DNA of 64,000 nt, taken from a virus. The position numbers and the translations under genes are program-made. Positions within the stretch are counted from its first letter, which is position 1. The number at the start of each line of letters is the position of its first letter. Of this stretch, positions 39,807 to 49,789 are shown piece by piece. Location of the stretch: positions 30,249-94,248 of IMG/VR virus record IMGVR_UViG_3300045918_000131; one strand, 5' to 3'. The notes under the pieces were generated by a model that worked only from the letters and a program-made list of their open reading frames with translations, searched no databases and was not told where the DNA came from.

Positions 39807-40948
39807 TAGTGATTAGCAAAATTTGCAGCACTAAAATGTGCCCGATCAACTGACTTAATATACCCAGCTGGATCTGATATTACGTATCCTTCTCCACCTC
39901 TCTCGCCGTTAACGTGGGCATACACAGGTCCGTTATGAGAATCTAATTGATGTATAATATCTAATTTTAATGCTGTTACTGCATCGAATACATTAAATAT
40001 AGCAATTAAGCCGTCCTTATTAGTAGTACAATAATCAATAACCTTTTGTACCATTACCTTACTAAGTTTAGGATTACTTTGTACCCATGGCATAAACTTA
40101 CTGGCTAGATCAGACAAATCTCGTGTGCGTGTTTGTTGATTAACAAATGTATATAGCATATCAGGTAACCCAGACATCTTCATCTCGCGTAATATGCTTT
40201 GATCTAAGAAACTGTCAATCGTCTTAGCATTCTTTTTTACGTAACTAATAGTGTCTTTAATACGAACTGTACTTAATTGTAAATTACCTTCTACTTTAAT
40301 CTCTGGACCTAATATACATAAACGTCCATTAACGTTAAGCCCGGCTGTATTTTTTAATGGTATTGGGTCTTTATCTTCAGTTGTTGAATAATATCCATGA
40401 ACTGCAATACCCGCTTCTCCTTGACCTACTCTACGTCCAAGATCAGATTGTTTATCTATTTCATATGTAGTTGTACCATCACCAAATATAAACCTTTTAG
40501 CATTTTGTTTTAACTCTCCTGGCCACCACATCATATCGCATTTAATAAACCCTCGATAGGAAGTAGGTACAGCAGATTCAATTATAGGCCAAAGTTTAGG
40601 TATATTCCCCCAAAATCCAGCGTTACCACCTTTTGACATTTTTTGTTTAACAAAAGATTTAGCTGACTTATATAATCCGTCATAACCTTTTGCTCCCCAT
40701 CCAGACATATCTGTTAGTATGAACTCACCATGGTCGTTACGACCAAACACCAGTGAGATTCTTCCGTCCCATTTGATAGACAGTACTTCATCTCGTTGCT
40801 TTGGTAAGTTTTTAAAATTGTTTATTACGCGCAATGCACCTGTAGACCCTTCAAAAAATACAATATCTTCGGCATGGTTCATACCTACTTCATTTAATTT
40901 GATTTTAGGTTTTAAGTATGACTCATTTATTAACTCATGTATTTTCAT
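39806..40948 (-). CDS. Leader-bearing ligase-like nucleotidyltransferase-fold protein (DUF6267-like)
   Basis: MKIHELINE; HAED, KWDG (motif-I-like), GEGYV, K.VDR..FS.ANF. Confidence 0.65.
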   Translation of the reverse strand: MKIHELINESYLKPKIKLNEVGMNHAEDIVFFEGSTGALRVINNFKNLPKQRDEVLSIKWDGRISLVFGRNDHGEFILTDMSGWGAKGYDGLYKSAKSFVKQKMSKGGNAGFWGNIPKLWPIIESAVPTSYRGFIKCDMMWWPGELKQNAKRFIFGDGTTTYEIDKQSDLGRRVGQGEAGIAVHGYYSTTEDKDPIPLKNTAGLNVNGRLCILGPEIKVEGNLQLSTVRIKDTISYVKKNAKTIDSFLDQSILREMKMSGLPDMLYTFVNQQTRTRDLSDLASKFMPWVQSNPKLSKVMVQKVIDYCTTNKDGLIAIFNVFDAVTALKLDIIHQLDSHNGPVYAHVNGERGGEGYVISDPAGYIKSVDRAHFSAANFANH

Positions 40949-40961
40949 TTTAATTACCTTA

Positions 40962-41579
40962 TTAAAAGCTACCATATTTATTTTTTGCAATGTTCTGTAG
41001 AGCTTGCACTAACTCTGTAGATACAATAGGGTCAATTAATACTATTGCACCGTTTTTATCTTGCATAAAGTTACGAATTAAAAAGTCTACACTGTATTGT
41101 TTTACCTTATAGTTTTGCAAGAATTCTACTAGTTGTGCAAATAACCCATCTAGATGCTTATCTAAATATTTGTTGAATCTATCAACCCTGCTACGATCAG
41201 TTTTATATCCAATAACGTCAAAATATTGAGTAATAGCCTTCTTGATTACCCGTTTATTATCAGTTGACAGTTGTGATAGTTTTGGCATTTGTATAACATA
41301 TACTGTCATATCGCTTAAAGCTCTACTTTTTTGATGATATGCATCAAAACTATCTATACATTCTCCTATACCTAATCCACAACTATGTACTAACCAGTCT
41401 CTTTTCATGTCATCGCAGGTTAGTACTAGTACGTTGCTGTCACACTTATCTAATACAACAGAAGTAGCACCTTGTCCTATGACAGGGTACTGCTTATATT
41501 TGTCGGGAATAGAACTTTTTCATAGTGCTGTTCCTATTCTATTCCCCTCGTTTACTTTAACAAACTCATATATTCTCAT
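40962..41579 (-). pseudogene. Kinase-like gene with an in-frame TGA at codon 20
   Basis: MRIYEFVKVNEGNRIGTAL*KSSIPDKYKQYPVIGQGATSVV...DFLIRNFM...LIDP; TGA at 41520-41522. Confidence 0.75.
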
Positions 41580-42241
41580 TATTTTCTCATCATAGTATCT
41601 AACGCATCTAGTATAGAGTTAAGTTTATTCCTATTTCTGGTTTTAAGCAAGTAATATCCGGCTGTTGCATGTACCATAACTTCATTTCCGCTGTCGATAC
41701 CTGCTATTAAGTCGCTAGTTTGATAATTACTAATTGTTATTTGATTCTGTATATACGGCTTCGCACTGATTCTTCTAACTTTTAATTCCTTTAAATATTC
41801 AGCATCAAGTAAGTCAAAAGTTAGATCTTTAACCCGTGGAGACCAGCAGAATTTAAAATTTCCCACTGCAAATAATGCACATGTTGCGCCGTAATCATTA
41901 GCTATTTGCGTATTACCTGACCCAAAGGTTGCGTTAGAGCGGAATCTAATTCCTGTCATTTCTAAAAATATGTCGTCCACTATATTGTGAACGTTAATAT
42001 CAGTATCTCGTGGTTTACGATTAACAGGGCAGCCTTGATGTGAAAAAAACGGTATATTATCTTTGAAATTGACACCGCGATATAACATATTAAACGTATA
42101 TCCTCCTAATTCTCGTAACCAAGGTTGACAATCTTCAAATATAATAGTTGCGATATCGTGTGCAGATTGTTCTGACGTATTTTCTTGATTATCAGACTGG
42201 GGGTCTATTTCAACTGCTTCTAATAATTCTGTAATTCTCAT
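41579..42241 (-). CDS. Leader-bearing ART-like protein, family copy 2
   Basis: MRITELLEAVEID; LYRG..RKPRDT..FRS..FCWSP..NEVMV. Confidence 0.6.
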   Translation of the reverse strand: MRITELLEAVEIDPQSDNQENTSEQSAHDIATIIFEDCQPWLRELGGYTFNMLYRGVNFKDNIPFFSHQGCPVNRKPRDTDINVHNIVDDIFLEMTGIRFRSNATFGSGNTQIANDYGATCALFAVGNFKFCWSPRVKDLTFDLLDAEYLKELKVRRISAKPYIQNQITISNYQTSDLIAGIDSGNEVMVHATAGYYLLKTRNRNKLNSILDALDTMMRK

Positions 42242-42936
42242 ATTATCATCCTTAACTTACGGCGTATATTTTGTACAGCTACACACCATGCGTTATCTAC
42301 TATTAACGCAGATTTTGCAACAATCATTATCTCGTGTCGAGAATAAATAGCGTTAGTTAAATCTTTATCTAATAGAAATTCGCTATCTTCTAAGAACTGT
42401 ATAATGTTATCATCTTTTAGATAATGTATAGCTTGTTTACGGTCTCCTATCGTCGGTCCTCCTACAAGGTATGCATATTCGCTTAATGCTTCATACATAT
42501 CTTGAATTTTAGGAGACCAACAGAAATGAAACTCGCCTTCTGGTATTACTCTAACTAACTTCCCATAGGTAGAAGCATTTGGGCTACTACCTGTTACAAA
42601 CAACGAAGAGCTTCTAAAACGATATCCTGTATATTTGTTAAACCAATCGTCGATTAAATGGTGTGCTCTATCTGGAGTATCTAAAGGAGTACGATTAGAG
42701 TTAATAGAAATTGATTTTACTGGTTTATCCATACCCATATCAGACGTAAATTCATTATGATATACTCCACGCCATAACGGATCTTCAAATAGCGCATCAT
42801 CGATGCCTCCTGCAGCAATAATATACGGTAAACAGTTAGTAGTTATGTGAGCTTCTATCTTCTCGTACTGATTTAGTATTCTCTGCTCTTCATACCCTAA
42901 CGACGGGCTTTCGTTAATTATTTCGTGAATCCTCAT
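42238..42936 (-). CDS. Leader-bearing ART-like protein, family copy 3
   Basis: MRIHEIINE; LWRG..RTPLDT..FRS..FVTGS..FCWSP..HEIMI. Confidence 0.6.
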   Translation of the reverse strand: MRIHEIINESPSLGYEEQRILNQYEKIEAHITTNCLPYIIAAGGIDDALFEDPLWRGVYHNEFTSDMGMDKPVKSISINSNRTPLDTPDRAHHLIDDWFNKYTGYRFRSSSLFVTGSSPNASTYGKLVRVIPEGEFHFCWSPKIQDMYEALSEYAYLVGGPTIGDRKQAIHYLKDDNIIQFLEDSEFLLDKDLTNAIYSRHEIMIVAKSALIVDNAWCVAVQNIRRKLRMII

Positions 42937-42989
42937 GGTACTCCTACGCTATATTATAGTATTTATCCTAATTCAGAGCAGAAGAGTAA

Positions 42990-43784
42990 CTATTTTGAGG
43001 AAACAATGTTGGATAACGTTCTAAACCAAGATGTCGACCCTGGAATATAAGACTCGGGCAATGTTATTATACCTTTCGCAGAATCTTCGCGAGCTTGTGC
43101 TAACTTAGCATCGCGCATTGGATCATTAGATAATGCCTTCATAATAGTTTTTATGCTATTCAAATCGTCAGATGTAGATGTTGGGCTTAATAATATTTTT
43201 GCTACTTCATCTCTAGTGCGAGCAACAATCTCGTTAGTGTCACGCTTCATTAACTTTGCTCCAAATGCATCAAATTTTAGATTTAATGCTTTACCTATGC
43301 TATTCATTAATATAAATATTGACTGTCCTTTAAACTCAGTTTCTTTATTATACATATCTCGTAACCCATGCTGATGCCATGGCGCAACAATAGATGCATC
43401 TTGTATACACATCACGTCAACTTGAGCTACCCTTTCTTGACCGGACGCATGTGTTTTATACTGGATACCTATACTAACATTACGTCCATTTAACACAGCA
43501 TGTATTCCTTTATCTGTAAAATATTTACCTAATAACTGTTTAGCTGTTTTAATAGGATCTTTAGCTGATCCAGTGTTAAATAGTTCAACTACGTCGGATG
43601 CTTCGACCATAAGATCTATATCGCCAGATTGTAATTTATAACCAGCAGATCCAATATCTGTCTGTAAACCCGTAATCAGTGGTTTAGGTAAAGCTTTTTT
43701 AGCTAATGCAACCACTTGAGCAACATCTTCTTTATTTACTGACGATGATTCCTCAATGGCATTACCTCCCTCAAATAGTTTCAT
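42990..43784 (-). CDS. Pol-beta-superfamily nucleotidyltransferase-like virion protein
   Basis: MKLFEGGN; GSAG..SGDIDL; QVDVM. Confidence 0.65.
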   Translation of the reverse strand: MKLFEGGNAIEESSSVNKEDVAQVVALAKKALPKPLITGLQTDIGSAGYKLQSGDIDLMVEASDVVELFNTGSAKDPIKTAKQLLGKYFTDKGIHAVLNGRNVSIGIQYKTHASGQERVAQVDVMCIQDASIVAPWHQHGLRDMYNKETEFKGQSIFILMNSIGKALNLKFDAFGAKLMKRDTNEIVARTRDEVAKILLSPTSTSDDLNSIKTIMKALSNDPMRDAKLAQAREDSAKGIITLPESYIPGSTSWFRTLSNIVSSK

Positions 43785-44872
43785 TATTTTGTCCTTTTTA
43801 TTCTATTTAGAGCCATCTTCTTTGTCTCTGTAATAGATTCAAGCTTTGTGATAGAATTATATAATTTAACTGTTTTGTATGCTTGATCTTCAGTTAACTT
43901 AGTCTCACTGAATAATATGTCCTCAAATGCTTCAGCGACAGATGCTTTTCTACCGTATTGTTTAGCAGTCTGTTTAAGTTTATCTCTCATTGTAGGTTTA
44001 GGAGTTGGGGGCGCAGTTGGTTCTGGAATACTACTAGTGGGTGTGGCCGCTGGATTTGGTTGAATAGATTTTGCGTATATCTGATCTAACAATTTAGGAT
44101 ATCCTTCTTTAGCTGGTTGACCTTTTTTATCTACCCATCCTGTATTATTCTTAGTATAATTGATGCCGTCATATTTTACTTGTGGTGTAATTGTGGCTGC
44201 TGTTGACGATGTATTATCCGGTACTACTGCCTGTATCTTCTTTTCAATTTTATTAATTATTGGTTTAATAGCTTGAACTTGCGGAGCTGTAGGAGGTGTA
44301 TTAATAAAATCATTCCATTCTTTATCGGCCTCTTTGGGGTCGGAAAATACATTAACTTTTGGCTCAACGGTGTTTGTTTTTTCTACAGGTACTGATGAGG
44401 GGTGTGTATTTGTTTTGGATTGTTGTTCTGTGTCTACTTCAGCTGAAGATTGTTGTGTATTTGCTGCAATCTCAGCACTTTGGTTATTTGCGTTCTGATT
44501 GTTGACAATAGATTGAGCTGTTTTATTCAACCCCATACCCGCATTGAAGTTTGCTGCTAAATTAGATGATTGTTTTTGATTAGCAACGGGCTGAGATGTA
44601 TTTGCTGCTGTAGTTTGGTTGTCCTGTGCGGTCTGAGGTGTTTGCTGCGTATTTGCTTTTTGTTTTTCTAAGTCGGCAGCGGATTGGTTGAACTTCCTAA
44701 CACGATCTAAATTGGCTTTACCGTTAGCAACTGCTGTAGGGACATTGCCTGCACCTTGTCTAGAATTAGTAGATGCTTCGTCTACTTCTTTAGTGTTGGG
44801 TTGACCACTATATAGCTTATTTGTGTTGATATCCTCAGTAATCACTATTTTAATCTGTTTCGGAGTTACCAT
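43784..44872 (-). CDS. Low-complexity Q/N/T/P-rich protein
   Basis: 362-aa ORF in the late operon; ITE/VAE/LTE sites. Confidence 0.65.
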   Translation of the reverse strand: MVTPKQIKIVITEDINTNKLYSGQPNTKEVDEASTNSRQGAGNVPTAVANGKANLDRVRKFNQSAADLEKQKANTQQTPQTAQDNQTTAANTSQPVANQKQSSNLAANFNAGMGLNKTAQSIVNNQNANNQSAEIAANTQQSSAEVDTEQQSKTNTHPSSVPVEKTNTVEPKVNVFSDPKEADKEWNDFINTPPTAPQVQAIKPIINKIEKKIQAVVPDNTSSTAATITPQVKYDGINYTKNNTGWVDKKGQPAKEGYPKLLDQIYAKSIQPNPAATPTSSIPEPTAPPTPKPTMRDKLKQTAKQYGRKASVAEAFEDILFSETKLTEDQAYKTVKLYNSITKLESITETKKMALNRIKRTK

Positions 44873-45125
44873 TTTCGTCGATGTCCTTTTTAATATTCCT
44901 TATCCCGCGTGCAAATTTCGAAGGATCTTGACCTTTAATACTATTTATTAAACGACGCTCTAAATCCTCCGCAATTAAAGGGGCATAATTATCACGTAAT
45001 GTATTAATAAGATTTACGGCACTTTGTATTATATGTTGAGCTCTACTTTCGAGCATTTTTTCTCGATCTCTATGAACTATTAATGAATCTAATTCCTCCA
45101 ATACTGATTTAGTTCTTCTTTGCAA
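44850..45125 (-). CDS. Conserved small phage protein
   Basis: MQRRTKSVLEELD...LERRLINSIKGQDP.KF.RG; ATAAATA upstream. Confidence 0.65.
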   Translation of the reverse strand: MQRRTKSVLEELDSLIVHRDREKMLESRAQHIIQSAVNLINTLRDNYAPLIAEDLERRLINSIKGQDPSKFARGIRNIKKDIDENGNSETD

Positions 45126-45177
45126 GATGAGTTACTCCAATTTATGTGGGCTTAAAGTTATTTATTGAAATTTTAAA

Positions 45178-46587
45178 TTATTTCTTTACCGTTCTAAGTC
45201 CTGCTAACATAGCTTTTACCTTAATTGCCTCAACTTCTCCTATTGGTGCAATACAACTAGGTGCATCTGATACTATAGACTTGGATTTTAACTTACCCAA
45301 TATACTCTCGGATAACGTTGGATTAGCATGATGTTCAGTTTCTTCTCCTGTACCAGAGTCTGTTATTCTTAAACTATCAATATTATAATCTAATTCTACT
45401 TTCATCCCTACACCTGAACTACTACGTGTCTTAAGTAATTGTAGTTGAAACTTACCTCGTTCTTTCATTGCTCTACTTGTAAATATACCAAATACATTAT
45501 CGGCCGTATTTATCTTGGAAATTCCACCGCTTATGTTCGTATGGTCAAATTCTACCTCGTCAACTCCTCCGCGATTAAATTGACTAGCTGTTACAAATAA
45601 AACATTTAGCTCTTTTGCTAGATTACGTAACTCTTCAGATACGAATTTATCCTTGACAAATAAGTTAGTAGGATCAATCTTAACTCCTGCAGGAGATAAT
45701 AAGTCTAAATAGTCGACGATTAAGAAATCTATCTTAACACCGGTTTGAATTTGATATTCTCGGATAAAGGATCTAATATCATTTACATTACTTTGTGCTG
45801 GTATATATTTAATTTGAAAATTGCCAGATTTCTTTCGTGTCATACCAACTTTTAACTCAACGTCATCTAAATTCTTAAATATATCTTTTGTACCCATATT
45901 TGTTACCATGGCGTCTGCTCTCATTGAACATAGCTCTTCGCTAAGTTCTAAAGAAAGATACATGCCATTAAGTCCAGTAGTAAACCAATTTACACATAAA
46001 TTCATTAAAAATAAAGATTTACCTCCACCCGAGTTAGCACAAAAAATATTTAATTCTCCGCGATTAAAACCGCCGTATAAAGTCTTATCTAAACAAGGCC
46101 ACCCAGTACTACATTGTCCTCTACCTTCTCTAATAGCATTTAAACGTGCCCTGGGATCATGAAAATAATCAGTACCAATATCTTTAACTAAACCTATTTG
46201 CACAGCATCTTTAATAATTTTCTCAACAGGCGCATAGTCGCCTTTTTCTAATAGATCTGCTGCTTTTAATATAGCACGTTCTAACTCTTTTTGTTTGCTA
46301 AAACCTTCGAATTCAGCTAAGAACCAATCGCGATGGCCTTCCTCTAATCCAACAGTCTTTTTAAGTGTAGTACCGAAGGAAGCATTTGTTTGTTCTATTG
46401 TTGGTAAACTTTTGTATATTTCTGCATGTACTTTAAGGAATTCAGCTGGACCGCGTAACGATCTATCAAAGTTCTCTACGTTAAATATATTTTGAACTCT
46501 TACATATGATTCGTGATAATCCAACATTATTTCAAGAAACAATTTTTGTAATTCTGCTGTATATTCTACTGTTTTATTTTCTGCCAT
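45178..46587 (-). CDS. Replicative DnaB-like helicase (T4 gp41-like)
   Basis: STGW..LD, ANSGGGKS, SLELSEE, VDYLDL, TASQFNR, KTR. Confidence 0.92.
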   Translation of the reverse strand: MAENKTVEYTAELQKLFLEIMLDYHESYVRVQNIFNVENFDRSLRGPAEFLKVHAEIYKSLPTIEQTNASFGTTLKKTVGLEEGHRDWFLAEFEGFSKQKELERAILKAADLLEKGDYAPVEKIIKDAVQIGLVKDIGTDYFHDPRARLNAIREGRGQCSTGWPCLDKTLYGGFNRGELNIFCANSGGGKSLFLMNLCVNWFTTGLNGMYLSLELSEELCSMRADAMVTNMGTKDIFKNLDDVELKVGMTRKKSGNFQIKYIPAQSNVNDIRSFIREYQIQTGVKIDFLIVDYLDLLSPAGVKIDPTNLFVKDKFVSEELRNLAKELNVLFVTASQFNRGGVDEVEFDHTNISGGISKINTADNVFGIFTSRAMKERGKFQLQLLKTRSSSGVGMKVELDYNIDSLRITDSGTGEETEHHANPTLSESILGKLKSKSIVSDAPSCIAPIGEVEAIKVKAMLAGLRTVKK

Positions 46588-47659
46588 ATCTATTCCTCAA
46601 TAATTGTATTTTTAACGTGTTTCTTTCTACACTATCCAAAATAGTTTTTAACACAAAAAGTTTTCCATATTTTTGTATTGCCTGATTAGCATCTTGACAT
46701 GTCTCCGCCCATACAGGGAAAGCTACTGACCATCCATTTTGTATTGCAACATCTATTAAATTTTGTCCTGTTTTATTAAAATCAGGAACTACTATTATTT
46801 CTCTGTCTAAATTCTCGATAATATCTATTTGTTGTTTAGTTACGTCAGCTTTTAATACAGCTACGCCGTCTAAACCTATTGCATCAAACACGCCTTCTAG
46901 AACTAATACAAACTTCCAATCTTTTTCTTGTTTATCTATATTAAACACATAACCAGAGTCAATTCTTTGATAGTATTTTGGAGTAATATCATCTATCATT
47001 GCCCTAGCCGAATATCCCACTATCTCATTTTTCCACGTAAAAGGAATAATAACTCGCTTATTCATCTTATTAGCTTTATTCGGAGTCCAATAGAAGTCAT
47101 ACTTTTGCATATTACTTCTTCTTTTATCTATATAATCCACTGCCGCTACAAATTCGTCTGGATACGGTTTAAAATACGAAGGTGTTGGTAGATTATTTGC
47201 TATACCTGTATTAGCAAGTTCATAGAATGTAACTAAACCCATAAAACTTACTGCTTCTTCCGGTAAAGGTTCTTTTTTAAAGTTGACCTTTAATTCTTCT
47301 TTTTTAACTTCTGGCTTAACTAATCCTAATAGCTCATGACGTTTTTGCTCGCGTAAAGCTTCAATTGATAGACGAGATATAGTTTGGTCGTCTACATTTA
47401 ACCATTTAAGAAATTTTCTAAATTTATATGATAATTGATATCCGGGTGTATATGATACCTTGTAAGAACAGTTGAAACAGGAGTATGATACGCCAGAATC
47501 TGCCGTAACTATTAATCCCCCGCGGCCGCGTTTATCAGCAGATTCCCCGTTATGTACACAGCATATTGCATTACCGGCATACCAGCCGTGAGAATTTCGT
47601 TTAGTTTTGCGCCCGCTCTGCCACGACGATAAAACGGTATCAGCTATAATTGTACTCAT
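46574..47659 (-). CDS. DNA primase (T4 gp61-like)
   Basis: Zn finger CC.H...YSCFNC; RVIIPF..IVGYSAR; TOPRIM EGVFDA, PD..G, D.N. Confidence 0.88.
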   Translation of the reverse strand: MSTIIADTVLSSWQSGRKTKRNSHGWYAGNAICCVHNGESADKRGRGGLIVTADSGVSYSCFNCSYKVSYTPGYQLSYKFRKFLKWLNVDDQTISRLSIEALREQKRHELLGLVKPEVKKEELKVNFKKEPLPEEAVSFMGLVTFYELANTGIANNLPTPSYFKPYPDEFVAAVDYIDKRRSNMQKYDFYWTPNKANKMNKRVIIPFTWKNEIVGYSARAMIDDITPKYYQRIDSGYVFNIDKQEKDWKFVLVLEGVFDAIGLDGVAVLKADVTKQQIDIIENLDREIIVVPDFNKTGQNLIDVAIQNGWSVAFPVWAETCQDANQAIQKYGKLFVLKTILDSVERNTLKIQLLRNRYGRK

Positions 47660-47724
47660 ATTAATAATATAACAGAAGTACAACTACATACGCAACTGTT
47701 TTGATATATAGACTAGGTAATTTT

Positions 47725-48560
47725 TTAACCGCGATAAAGAATCTTTGTAACCGACGTCGAGCTTATTGTTACGTTTTCAGGAATAATATATACGCGACAG
47801 GCTGTATATACACCGTTAAAGTCGCAATAATCGGTAGAGAATTGGTTTATGTAATGTAATGTACTTCCGTTTGAGGATATATTTGCCGAACCCGTAACGA
47901 CTACGTTTGCCCACGATAAAGAAGAACTACCGCCAGTGTCTCCGTTGGGCGGTAAAGAATCAATGGTACCTTGAACAATCAGATTTCCAGAAAAGTTATT
48001 AAAGAAGAACTGTATGGTATGGTGTGCTGATTGTGAGATTGAATTCTGATCGCTTGTTACCCAACTTGAATATACAGTAGAGTTACTATTAGTAGGTATA
48101 GTTACGTTAATAGATTCTCTAAATTCTGGATAAGGTCCTGATAAAAGCTCTATCTCTCCACAAGCTCCAAAGTTACTGTCAACATAAAATACTTGTTCAG
48201 AACCATATTGATCCGTTGCGGTTAAACTATAACTATAAAAGCCATTACGTAGATTTAATAAATCGCGTTCGTTGATCATAACAGTAATAATTCCACCCTG
48301 TGCGTTAATCACTTTTGACTGCTTACGACATAATAATGAAGATTCTGTTTTAGATACAAGATTAAAATTAATTGTCCATCCGGTTACGTTAACAGATTTA
48401 CTATCTGCATTTTTTATTTGAAACTGGATTAAATTATCAACCCCTGCATATATTTTTATTGATCTTTGGAACACTTGACATCTCCTGTTCGTGATCATTG
48501 GGTCAGGATCACACTGCACTGTTATTACGTTAGGATAAAAGTAGTTAAATATCTGTTGCA
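47725..48560 (-). CDS. Probable virion (baseplate/neck) beta-rich protein
   Basis: IKIYAGVDN.IQF..KN.D.K; ATAAATA motif immediately before the ATG at 48560. Confidence 0.55.
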
Positions 48561-48639
48561 TACGTTTATTTATCCTTTTCACTATTAGGATACTTATTGC
48601 GATTAATATTTTATGCGAGTTTTTGATGAATAAATACAC

Positions 48640-49044
48640 ATGCACTCTTTATGCGAAACTACTAATACTATGACCGAACAAGAAGCTAAAGAAATACTAA
48701 ATCGTTGTCCATTTATGTCATTACTTACTTATGGGGGGAACGAATACCTCGGAATCATACAAAATATAGACGATGCTATAACTACAATATATGACTTCAG
48801 CAAATTAAAATCAGACGATCAAAAAATCGAGTTTCTAAGCTTAGGTGAAGAATGGTGGAATACATCTAACAGAATGGTACCCATTAACGTTTTTCTTAAA
48901 CATGACTGGGAAATATTCCGTCCTACATTACGTACATTAAACTCTAAAGAAGTAGATATTAAATACGGTCCATATTTAAGTTTAAAGGAAATGGCATTAA
49001 AGAAATCAAAGAGGCGAAGTATTACGCTTATTCGCAGAATGTGA
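48640..49044 (+). CDS. Conserved phage protein
   Basis: PFMS...EY.GIIQN.D...WW..SNR..PIN.FLK; ATAAATA upstream. Confidence 0.7.
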   Translation: MHSLCETTNTMTEQEAKEILNRCPFMSLLTYGGNEYLGIIQNIDDAITTIYDFSKLKSDDQKIEFLSLGEEWWNTSNRMVPINVFLKHDWEIFRPTLRTLNSKEVDIKYGPYLSLKEMALKKSKRRSITLIRRM

Positions 49045-49788
49045 ATATTTTAGAAGCAACATAATGTAAGTATTATTGTCAATATCAAGACCTGCGATAC
49101 TATTACTATATCCATCACGTATATACCTTATTCCCCAGACATCAGCTAAATACTTTTCGTAATGATGCTCGTGTTCAGGCGAATCTATATAAAGTAGTGT
49201 CAAAATTTTACCCCAAAATGCAGCATTACCAGTCGTTTGTGCTGTAAGTAGGTCTTTGCTACCATCATCTTTTTTAAAATCTACTATCATTGATACTTTA
49301 ACAATGCTATTAAGTAATCATGTTCTGATATTTCAATCGAAGTTATTAGTGTGCCAGAATAACTTAGGTCAGAATATACTTTACATCTCAACATTTCTTC
49401 AAGACGATTAATATAGTCTAATGTTGTTAAACTTGACATCTGTTGTCGTAACTTGTGCATGATATTACCGATTATGTTAGCTTCTTCAGACCCATAATCG
49501 TCTGTCATATTAAATTTAAAATATATTTTCTTTGTCATGTTTGTCGTATTTTAGGAGGAATAGTATGAAGTCTTTCTCATCAAATAATATGGATTCGATA
49601 TATTGTACAGAATGCTCGGAATTAACGTTAACTGTGCAAGGTATTGTTTCTGTAAGCCAAGTTATATAATCTGTATATCTCATATTGTCGACACTGCATT
49701 GAATCCTATCTAAGATAGTAGCATAAGTAGATGCATTTGCATCTATATAGCGTCTAGAATATAAGTCTACTTCAAAACTAACTACCAT
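49006..49788 (-). CDS. Three small paralog-like ORFs (49006-49290, 49287-49538, 49516-49788)
   Basis: Overlapping stops/starts; shared C-terminal I...D..Y/F...LLKY motif. Confidence 0.55.
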
Positions 49789-49789
49789 A

